The notes below the pieces were generated by a model. That model was given only the letters and a program-made list of their open reading frames with translations, made no database searches and was not told the origin of the DNA. Shown here in pieces: positions 21,390 through 28,571 of a stretch of 32,000 nucleotides of DNA (the stretch's first letter is position 1; every line of letters begins with the position of its first letter). The translations under genes and the position numbers were made by a program. Source of the DNA: Erysipelotrichaceae bacterium (GTDB lineage: Bacteria > Bacillota_I > Bacilli_A > Erysipelotrichales > Erysipelotrichaceae); NCBI GenBank assembly GCA_963676105.1, contig OY781039.1, positions 1,410,001 to 1,442,000 on the forward strand, written 5' to 3'.

Positions 21390-21419
21390 ATGCTAGGGTC
21401 CTTTTGTGAACCCTAGCAT
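21390..21419 (-). terminator. Intra-operon terminator or attenuator hairpin
   Basis: ATGCTAGGGT (21390-21399) pairs perfectly with ACCCTAGCAT (21410-21419) across a 10-nt loop. On the minus strand it is followed by ATATTTTTGGAGG, a U-tract running into the SD of the esterase gene. Confidence 0.55.
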
Positions 21420-21437
21420 GAAAAATTAAATTATTTA

Positions 21438-22715
21438 TTAACCAAAGAAAGCAACTGCTAAAACACTAAATAATACAATTTTGCCAAACCAAACTGGGAT
21501 TGTAAATTTCCAGAATTCGGTAAGTTTATATTTACCCATACCAAATGTAAGTGCAGGCATACCATCAATAGGCATAATGAAATTAATCCATGCAGATAAT
21601 GTACATACAATAGCTACTGGAACTGGACTAAATCCATATTGCATACTTAGCGCAATACCAATTGGTGCTGTAACAAATAATGAACCAAAACTTGCGCCTG
21701 TGAATGTAGCTAAAATACTTGTTAAGAATGCAAACACTAATACAATAGTTAATAAGCTAGGACTTGCCCCAAGCATACCAGCTACTTGTGCGCCAATATA
21801 TGCAGATAGACCAGAATTATTCATAGCTGCAGCAACACCAATAACAGATGCCATCATGATCATTAATGGTGAGAACATATTTCCTAAGAATTCTTTAAAT
21901 GAAATTACTTTAGCAACTAAGAACACACCAGCTAAAACCATAGGAATTGAATAACCAATTTCTCCTGGAAATCTTGATAAGAAAATCATTGAACCAAGAA
22001 GAATTGCATAACCTAAGTAAACTAAATTTTGTTGAGAACTAGAAAGAACTGGTGTAAATCCTTCTTCCTTAACTTCAGTTGTAGCTGCTTTTTCAACATT
22101 GCGAGCTGGCAATAATCTATGCCCAACAAATACCCAAACTAAATAAAGGGCAGAGAAGATTAAATTCATATAAACAATATTCATTGTGCTAATCGGACCA
22201 CCAGTGTAACCTGCTGACTCAACAAGACCACCAGCGATAGAAGCGAAGATTACTACCGAAGTAGGTAGCCACATACTTGCTTGTGTTGCAATAGCTGCAG
22301 GTAAGATAATACGAGCAGTTGGTAGTTTATCATTTGCAGGAATTGTTGCTACGATCCCTAATACCAATACATAAAATGCTGTACCAGTAATAAAGTTACC
22401 AACAACCATAACTCCAAAAATTAAAACAAGTAAGCCTTTCACGCCACCTTTTGTGGCAAACTTGGCTAAAGCTTCTTTAATATCATAAATAAGCTTTGTT
22501 TTATTCAGAGCTGCCATTGCAACCATAAATCCCATAATCAATATAACGTTTTTGTCTACAAAACCACTAAACGCTGTAGCAACATCTACTTGGTTAGTTA
22601 GAACAAGAAGTGCAGCCGCAATTAGTGGAGGCGCACCAAATGGAAGCTTATCACTGATAATAACAGCTACCATTCCAACAACAATTAATAATGTAATAAT
22701 CATTGAACTAGTCAT
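21438..22715 (-). CDS. Ion-transporter-superfamily anion permease (SLC13/DASS- or CitMHS/ArsB-like)
   Basis: 425 aa, highly hydrophobic, roughly 11-13 predicted helices, with a hydrophilic central loop (ARNVEKAATTEVKEEGF) typical of the two-repeat IT-superfamily architecture. AAAGGAG sits 6 nt upstream of the ATG. Confidence 0.6.
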   Translation of the reverse strand: MTSSMIITLLIVVGMVAVIISDKLPFGAPPLIAAALLVLTNQVDVATAFSGFVDKNVILIMGFMVAMAALNKTKLIYDIKEALAKFATKGGVKGLLVLIFGVMVVGNFITGTAFYVLVLGIVATIPANDKLPTARIILPAAIATQASMWLPTSVVIFASIAGGLVESAGYTGGPISTMNIVYMNLIFSALYLVWVFVGHRLLPARNVEKAATTEVKEEGFTPVLSSSQQNLVYLGYAILLGSMIFLSRFPGEIGYSIPMVLAGVFLVAKVISFKEFLGNMFSPLMIMMASVIGVAAAMNNSGLSAYIGAQVAGMLGASPSLLTIVLVFAFLTSILATFTGASFGSLFVTAPIGIALSMQYGFSPVPVAIVCTLSAWINFIMPIDGMPALTFGMGKYKLTEFWKFTIPVWFGKIVLFSVLAVAFFG

Positions 22716-22914
22716 AAATTTCTCCTTTCAAATTTAAATTTTGACTTTTATAAAACCATTTATATATTTCTTTATCATTCAAAATAGCTTTATTCTTTTC
22801 ACAATCGTAAGTTATATAATCGTGATGTATGCAACTACTTAAACTAATGTTTTTATGACCTATATATTCATCCTCCTCTTTCCTCTTTTGTGTATTTGAA
22901 GGGCTAAAGCCCAT
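22708..22914 (-). CDS. Hypothetical small protein (68 aa); may be non-coding spacer
   Basis: The ORF fills the kinase-permease gap almost exactly: it starts 6 nt after the kinase stop and ends 8 nt inside the permease gene. An open frame of this length is unusual in such AT-rich sequence. However, there is no SD and I recognise no motif. Confidence 0.3.
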   Translation of the reverse strand: MGFSPSNTQKRKEEDEYIGHKNISLSSCIHHDYITYDCEKNKAILNDKEIYKWFYKSQNLNLKGEIYD

Positions 22915-22920
22915 ATCAAT

Positions 22921-24177
22921 TTATTTAGATTCTTCTCGAATTAAGTCAGCTATTTTAATGAAAATATCTTCACTTCCAAATCCACCAGATTTAGAGATAA
23001 TATTTAAGCTTCTTCCTTTATAACTGATTTCAGAAACCACAATGCCTTCGTCAATTTCTCTATATGGTGTAATCGTCGATAATTGACATTCTTTTAAGAA
23101 TTGAAAGAGGACATCTCCACCCATCAAGAACACATTCCCCTCAAAACCTTCATCAATTATCTGTTTTCCAATTTTCCCAATTGTTCCAGCAATTCGCTCT
23201 CTTGTTTCTTCAATATTTAAACCTAGTTCTTTTGCATGTTTTTTGGTTGCATTTGGTTCCTGCACACCATTCGCATTAATAATCGTCAAATCATTTTTAT
23301 CAAGATCATCAAGTACAGTTGTTTTTAGGTCTAAAAATTCTGAGCTATTTGTCCAATTTAAATCTAATTTTTGAATAGGACTTATGATGAACTCTCTAAT
23401 CCCTTTTCCCCTAGCATATTCACATTGTTTTAGAGAAATTGGATTTATACTTCCACAAATAATGATTGTTTTCTCTTTTAATTTTTTTTCATTTTTCTTA
23501 TGCTCATTAAACTTAATAAATGTAGGTAATATATTTGCTAAACCTGAGCAACCAGCAATGAATTCCATTTCACTTTGTTTACTAAGCATTTCTACAGTAT
23601 TTCTAATATCACTACTTGTTCTAGAATCATAAACAATTATTCCTGATTCATCCGAATTTGGTTTTGAATCAGTAGGAACAGTTTTGACTTTAGTTTTATA
23701 GGAATCATTTAGAATATCTGATACTAACGAATGTTTAACTGGATCAAACGGGTCATTTGCAAATACCGATTCTGCAACTTCAACTCCATCGATATAATGT
23801 ATTCCATTTATGGTTAGTCGATTCATCTGTGGGTAAGAAGGAATAAAGTGAATTCTAGACTTGTTACTTGCATCTAACATTGCTTGTAATTCTGCTCCAA
23901 CATTTCCACGCATCGCAGAATCTGTTTTTTTGAATATAGTTTTTATTCCTAATTCTCTCGCCTTTTTTGTTATTTCATAAACAATTGAATAAGCTTGTTC
24001 TGGCTCAGCATGCCTTGTCTCAGTATCGATAACCATAACTTCTATATCAGAAGTAAAATTATCTAGTCCATTATCAACATCAAAGGATATTTTAGTCACC
24101 GCACCAATTTTTGATAATTGAACACTTGTATCAAGAGCTCCTGTAAGATCATCAGAGATAATAAGTAGTTTTTTCAT
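22921..24177 (-). CDS. Four-carbon acid-sugar kinase family protein (DUF1537; OtnK/DtnK/DenK-like)
   Basis: The N-terminus MKKLLIISDDLTGALDTSVQLSK is the family signature (xxDDxTGAxD). The length of about 420 aa fits the two-domain DUF1537 architecture. I placed the start at ATG 24177 with AAAGGTG upstream. The track start at 24183 is a GTG inside that SD. Confidence 0.75.
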   Translation of the reverse strand: MKKLLIISDDLTGALDTSVQLSKIGAVTKISFDVDNGLDNFTSDIEVMVIDTETRHAEPEQAYSIVYEITKKARELGIKTIFKKTDSAMRGNVGAELQAMLDASNKSRIHFIPSYPQMNRLTINGIHYIDGVEVAESVFANDPFDPVKHSLVSDILNDSYKTKVKTVPTDSKPNSDESGIIVYDSRTSSDIRNTVEMLSKQSEMEFIAGCSGLANILPTFIKFNEHKKNEKKLKEKTIIICGSINPISLKQCEYARGKGIREFIISPIQKLDLNWTNSSEFLDLKTTVLDDLDKNDLTIINANGVQEPNATKKHAKELGLNIEETRERIAGTIGKIGKQIIDEGFEGNVFLMGGDVLFQFLKECQLSTITPYREIDEGIVVSEISYKGRSLNIISKSGGFGSEDIFIKIADLIREESK

Positions 24178-24282
24178 AATCACCTTTCATTAAACAAAAA
24201 TGTATGCGGTTTCTTTTCTACATCGAAAATACCATGAACTTAATCGATTAAAAATTTTGTTTGTATAAAAAAGTGTTTATAT

Positions 24283-24300
24283 TTGAAACAATTGTTTAAA
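24283..24300. promoter_or_regulatory. Palindromic operator candidate in the divergent kinase-operon/regulator intergenic region
   Basis: TTGAAACA-AT-TGTTTAAA contains the perfect 12-bp palindrome AAACAATTGTTT (24286-24297). It lies just upstream of the putative -35 element of the regulator promoter. Confidence 0.4.
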
Positions 24301-24305
24301 TAATG

Positions 24306-24335
24306 TTCATAATTCATTATTTTTATGTTTATAAT
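24306..24335 (+). promoter_or_regulatory. Candidate sigma-A-type promoter of the regulator gene
   Basis: TTCATA (24306-24311), an 18-nt spacer, then a perfect TATAAT (24330-24335), about 80 nt upstream of ATG 24418. Confidence 0.4.
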
Positions 24336-24417
24336 GTGTTCGTAACCAAAATCAAACCGCTTACATTTTATAGAATTACTTATATATCGTTCATTTTTGA
24401 AACAGTTGGAGAAAAAT

Positions 24418-26199
24418 ATGATTAATAGCATTCGAATTTTAACAATTGCTCCCTATGAAGGCATGAAAACATTATTCTCAAAACTCGCAAATGATTATAA
24501 AAATGTTGAACTTGATGTTTTTGTTGGAGACTTAGACAAAGGTGTGGAAGCAACTCAACAAAATTTTCATTCAAATTACGATATTGTCATTTCTCGTGGT
24601 GGAACTGCTAAATTACTCAAGGAGCATATATCGTTACCCGTTGTTGAAATACAAACAACTGCCTTCGATATTTTAAGAACTATAAAACTTTCAAATGCAA
24701 GTAGTGATAAAGTTGCGATCGTTGGATTCCCAAATATTACGGATCAAAGCATCTTTTTAAAAGATGTTTTACCTATTGAAATTGACGTATTTCCAATTAA
24801 CTCGCAAGAAGAAACTGTTGAGATTTTGGAAAAGCTAAAAATCGAAAAATATGATTCTGTTATTTGCGATATGATTACTTACACTACCGCTTTAAGTCTG
24901 GGCTTAGATGCTTTTTTAATTACTTCGGGAATCGAAAGTATTAAGAGTGCTTTGGATACAGCTGTTCAATATTGTTCAAACAATGCTGAGTTACGTAGTC
25001 AAAATCATTTCTTCAGGCAGCTTACAAGTATTCGAGGAATAAAAACTGTCGTTTTTGATACAAATGGAAAGCTATTTTACTCAACTGTTTCAAAAGATGA
25101 TTTACCAATTTTTCAAACTTTAGAAAATTTGGTTGAAAACATAAATCTCGGTGACAAACATATCTTCCAATATCGTGTTGATAACTTGATTTACTCAGTT
25201 AATGCAGAAAGTTTTGTTTCCGATGAAAGCCAGTATATTGCCTTCTACATTCGTATTAGCAAAGCACCACTATCTGGTACAAAAATTGGAATCGAGTATT
25301 TAAACAAAAACGACATTGAAAAAAGCTTAAACGATACAGTCTACGCTTCAATTAACTTCTTCTCGCCTTATCAAAAAAACATTGATCTTGTAAATCAGTA
25401 TGAAAGACCTATTTTAATTACTGGTGAGGAAGGTACAGGTAAAGCAATACTAGCTAAAAAAATATACTTACAAAGCAACGTAAATAATCGACCCTTTATA
25501 CAAATTGATTGTGGTGTTTTAACAGATAAAGTTTGGGATTATCTTATCAATAACTCAAATTCACCCTTGTGTCACTACGATTCAACTATCTTTATAAAAA
25601 ACATGAATATGTTAAACGAGAAAAGACAGGTTGAGTTATGGGACTCTATTTCTATTATGGATGTCGCTAGGGGAAACAGGTTGATTATTTCAACAATTAA
25701 TAACTCCTCTCTAGCGCTTGATAAAGAATGGATAAATTATATAAATCAACTAAACTTCTATATATTTGATTTGCCTTCACTCCAAAAAGAAAATGGCAGA
25801 ATCCCAAATATTATAAATTTATTTCTAAATCAATTAAATCTAATGAATGAAAAACATGTTCTTGGATTCTCGAGAGAAGCAATTCTACAGATGCAAAACT
25901 TTGAATGGCCATATAATTACCTTCAATTTATTAGAGTTATGAATAATATATTCATGATAACTGAACAAACCATAATATCTTCTGATGAAGTAAAGAAGAT
26001 CTTAGAAAAGGAAAAATCTATCTTACATGTAGAATCAAAATCAACCTATAATTCACTAAATCTATCAAGGTCATTAAATGATATCAATAAAGAAATTATT
26101 CAAATCGTTTTAGATACTAACAATGGAAACCAAACTAGAACTTCAGAGAGTCTTCAAATTAGTAGAACGACTTTGTGGAGAATTATTAATCAAGATTAA
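24418..26199 (+). CDS. PrpR_N-domain / AAA+ (sigma-54-activator-like, degenerate) / Fis-type HTH transcriptional regulator
   Basis: The N-terminus ILTIAPYEGMK...YDIVISRGGTAKLLKEHISLPVVEIQTTAFDILRTI is the PrpR N-terminal sensor pattern. The central part ILITGEEGTGKAILAKKIY carries Walker A. The C-terminus GNQTRTSESLQISRTTLWRII is an HTH_8/Fis-type helix-turn-helix. I placed the start at ATG 24418, which has GGAG 7 nt upstream. The track start at 24397 is a TTG. Confidence 0.75.
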   Translation: MINSIRILTIAPYEGMKTLFSKLANDYKNVELDVFVGDLDKGVEATQQNFHSNYDIVISRGGTAKLLKEHISLPVVEIQTTAFDILRTIKLSNASSDKVAIVGFPNITDQSIFLKDVLPIEIDVFPINSQEETVEILEKLKIEKYDSVICDMITYTTALSLGLDAFLITSGIESIKSALDTAVQYCSNNAELRSQNHFFRQLTSIRGIKTVVFDTNGKLFYSTVSKDDLPIFQTLENLVENINLGDKHIFQYRVDNLIYSVNAESFVSDESQYIAFYIRISKAPLSGTKIGIEYLNKNDIEKSLNDTVYASINFFSPYQKNIDLVNQYERPILITGEEGTGKAILAKKIYLQSNVNNRPFIQIDCGVLTDKVWDYLINNSNSPLCHYDSTIFIKNMNMLNEKRQVELWDSISIMDVARGNRLIISTINNSSLALDKEWINYINQLNFYIFDLPSLQKENGRIPNIINLFLNQLNLMNEKHVLGFSREAILQMQNFEWPYNYLQFIRVMNNIFMITEQTIISSDEVKKILEKEKSILHVESKSTYNSLNLSRSLNDINKEIIQIVLDTNNGNQTRTSESLQISRTTLWRIINQD

Positions 26200-26210
26200 C
26201 GGAGAAAAAT

Positions 26211-27479
26211 ATGAAATCAATTGCTATTAGTTTATTTGCGGTAACTTATGTCGCCTTGCTAGCTTTACCAAAATATAGATCATATATCGCTTTTGCATCT
26301 GCTACACTTTTTGTATCATTTGGATTATTACCGATATCTGAAATTATTCCTTCTATCGACTTTAATGTATTAATGATGATTGGTGGAACAATGGGAATTG
26401 TTTCGTTATTTATCGATTCAAAAATGCCATCACTCATGGCTGATTGGATTCTTGATAAAACCCCTAATGTAAAGTGGGCTATTATTTGGCTATCCATTTT
26501 TTCTGGGTTTATTTCAGCATTTATGGATAATGTCGCAACTGTTTTAATGCTTGCGCCAGTTACACTTCAAATTACTAAGAAATTAAAAATTAATCCAGTT
26601 CCTGCGATTATCGCAATCGCTGTTGCGAGTAATCTACAAGGTGCAGCTACACTTGTTGGAGATACAACATCCATTTTATTAGGTAGTTATGCAAATATGG
26701 ACTTTATGGACTTTTTCTTTATGGATGGTAAGATTGGGATTTTCTGGGTCGTTCAACTAGGAGCGGTTGCTTCTACTTTGGTTTTAATGTATTTCTTTAG
26801 AAAAGATACCCAACCTGTCCATATTACAGAAAAGACAAAAGTGACTGATATGTTCCCAACTTATCTTTTATTAACTATGATTTTATTACTTATACTTGCA
26901 TCCTTTGTACCTAATAAATTAGATATCACGAACGGATTAATTTGTGTATCATTATTAGCGATTGGTTTAATTAGGGATTATATGCCGGACCATAAAGTTG
27001 GTCGTATCGTTAGAACGATTTTAGAAATAGATTTTGATACATTACTTTTATTAGCGAGTTTGTTTGTCGTTATAGGAAGTATTACATATGTCGGATTAAT
27101 TGATGACATCGCAAATGTATTCGCATCAATTGCTGGTAACAACGTTTTCCTAATCTATACAATCCTTGTTTGGTTTTCTGTTATCGTCTCAGCCTTTGTT
27201 GATAATATCCCATACATCGCAACAATGCTTCCTGTTGTATCAGGTATTTCTGTTTCCATGGGAGTTGATCCAATGATCCTTTATTTAGGATTATTATCAG
27301 GTGCAACTTTAGGTGGTAATTTAACTCCACTCGGCGCGAGCGCAAACATTACTGCCTTAGGTATTTTAAGAAAAGAGAAACATCATGTTTCAACTCTCGA
27401 ATTTATGAAGATTGGTGTACCATTTACACTCGCTGCAGTTATCACGGGCTATGTCTTAATTTGGTTTATTTGGATGTAA
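26211..27479 (+). CDS. ArsB/NhaD-type (IT superfamily) anion permease
   Basis: 422 aa polytopic protein. FMDNVATVLMLAPV and AVASNLQGAATLVGDTTSILLGS are typical ArsB/NhaD/YbiR-type motifs. It starts 11 nt after the regulator stop, with GGAG upstream. Confidence 0.65.
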   Translation: MKSIAISLFAVTYVALLALPKYRSYIAFASATLFVSFGLLPISEIIPSIDFNVLMMIGGTMGIVSLFIDSKMPSLMADWILDKTPNVKWAIIWLSIFSGFISAFMDNVATVLMLAPVTLQITKKLKINPVPAIIAIAVASNLQGAATLVGDTTSILLGSYANMDFMDFFFMDGKIGIFWVVQLGAVASTLVLMYFFRKDTQPVHITEKTKVTDMFPTYLLLTMILLLILASFVPNKLDITNGLICVSLLAIGLIRDYMPDHKVGRIVRTILEIDFDTLLLLASLFVVIGSITYVGLIDDIANVFASIAGNNVFLIYTILVWFSVIVSAFVDNIPYIATMLPVVSGISVSMGVDPMILYLGLLSGATLGGNLTPLGASANITALGILRKEKHHVSTLEFMKIGVPFTLAAVITGYVLIWFIWM

Positions 27480-27495
27480 ATAATAACCATTAAAA

Positions 27496-27515
27496 AACGC
27501 GAATTAATTCGCGTT
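27496..27515. terminator. Bidirectional rho-independent terminator
   Basis: Perfect 20-nt palindrome AACGCGAATTAATTCGCGTT, flanked by AAAA 5' and ATTTTTTT 3'. It sits between convergent genes and overlaps the stop codon of the minus-strand gene. Confidence 0.8.
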
Positions 27516-27816
27516 ATTTTTTTGATTTTTTAGCAGTTATTGGCTTTGAATCAGATTTATCTCTAAGTCTTAGATATGAATCTGTTAAGCTCTCATCCCA
27601 CCAAGCAAGATAAGCTAAGATAGCGATGATTAAAATTGAGACAGGAAATTGTAGCCAAATCATAAAGGCAGAACCACTACCATCCACAAATTCAGACATC
27701 GACATATTTGAAGCAGACGCCAAATTTGATAAAGTAGAATAATTACCTAACATTGCATAAAATAAAATCGCAAAGAGTGCTAGCGTAATGTATAAAATCA
27801 TTTTTCTTAAGTTCAT
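27514..27816 (-). CDS. Hypothetical small membrane protein (two predicted TM helices, Lys-rich tail)
   Basis: 100 aa with two hydrophobic segments (ILYITLALFAILFYAML and FPVSILIIAILAYLAWW). It is separated by 3 nt from the upstream phosphatase gene. Confidence 0.5.
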   Translation of the reverse strand: MNLRKMILYITLALFAILFYAMLGNYSTLSNLASASNMSMSEFVDGSGSAFMIWLQFPVSILIIAILAYLAWWDESLTDSYLRLRDKSDSKPITAKKSKK

Positions 27817-27819
27817 AAA

Positions 27820-28521
27820 TTAAATCCTTTCAATAAACTTCAAACGTATTTGTTCAATTTGTTTATCACTAATTCCTTTTGAATTAAGGTATGCTTCGAT
27901 ACTATCATATTTCTCATCCAAATAGTTTAAAAACTCAAACATTGTTTCGGGTTTAGAATCATAGAGTGATGCATACATTATGCTGGGATTATTCAACATA
28001 TCATTGTACTTAGGATGTAGGTAGGTTTTCGACACTTGATAATCCGCAATAATGTCGTAAGGATCAACACCAACAAGTTTTAATAAGATAGATGCGATAA
28101 CACCGGTTCTGTCCTTCCCTGCTGAACAGTGAAATAAAACGGTTCCATTCTCTTCTGCTAAACTTTTAAAAATTGGTTGTATAAAATCTTCTTTCTCACT
28201 CATTAAAATATAAAGTTTACTTAGCTGCCATTCATTTAACTCATCAATAGTATGTGTTTGTAGCGCATCATAAGTGGTGTTTTGATAAATGACATCTTCA
28301 TCAAATTCAAATGGATCTCTCTCTTTTTCTATTTCATCCATATGTCTTAAGTCAATGACACGTGTTAATCCATAATCCTTAAGTGTCTTTATTTCATCAC
28401 TGGTAAGGAAAGTGATATTATCACTTCGTAAAAAGACATTATGTTTAGTTATCCCATCACTTGTTTGATAACCACCTAATTCTCTTAAATTAAATACTTT
28501 TTCAAATTTAAACCGTCTCAT
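27820..28521 (-). CDS. Protein-tyrosine-phosphatase-like (CX5R) phosphatase
   Basis: 233 aa. Active-site loop HCSAGKDRTG (C-x5-R followed by T/S). N-terminal NLRELGG pattern of the bacterial Y_phosphatase3-type family. Confidence 0.75.
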   Translation of the reverse strand: MRRFKFEKVFNLRELGGYQTSDGITKHNVFLRSDNITFLTSDEIKTLKDYGLTRVIDLRHMDEIEKERDPFEFDEDVIYQNTTYDALQTHTIDELNEWQLSKLYILMSEKEDFIQPIFKSLAEENGTVLFHCSAGKDRTGVIASILLKLVGVDPYDIIADYQVSKTYLHPKYNDMLNNPSIMYASLYDSKPETMFEFLNYLDEKYDSIEAYLNSKGISDKQIEQIRLKFIERI

Positions 28522-28525
28522 ATAA

Positions 28526-28567
28526 AAACCTCTATTTGTGAAATTATCTTATCACAAGTAGAGGTTT
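28526..28567 (-). terminator. Long hairpin between the DegV and phosphatase genes (terminator-like; sequesters the phosphatase SD)
   Basis: The minus-strand RNA is AAACCUCUA-C-UUGUGA [10-nt loop] UCACAA-A-UAGAGGUUU followed by UUAUAUG. This gives 15 paired positions. The only SD-like element for ATG 28521 (AGAGG) lies in the 3' arm. Confidence 0.55.
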
Positions 28568-28571
28568 GTGT

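Noticed and set aside
13235-24177. Reading the operon as an ordinary sialic acid (nan) utilisation cluster.
   Set aside because: A NanA-like aldolase, YhcH and a BNR protein are present. However, nanE, nanK, nagA, nagB and a sialic-acid-type transporter (NanT, SiaPQM, SAT) are not. The DUF1537 kinase, PdxA-like enzyme and Fe-ADH have no role in Neu5Ac catabolism. The BNR protein also seems to lack the RIP arginine.
24184-24417. A sigma-54 (-24/-12) promoter, expected next to a bEBP-like regulator.
   Set aside because: No TGGCAC-N5-TTGCW-like element is present on either strand of the intergenic region. The regulator also lacks GAFTGA, so a sigma-54 mechanism is not supported by the sequence.
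24240-24431. 63-codon minus-strand ORF in the kinase/regulator intergenic region.
   Set aside because: It lies in very AT-rich promoter DNA, overlaps the regulator start and its promoter elements, has no SD, and gives an Ile/Phe/Asn/Lys-rich peptide typical of translated AT-rich non-coding sequence.
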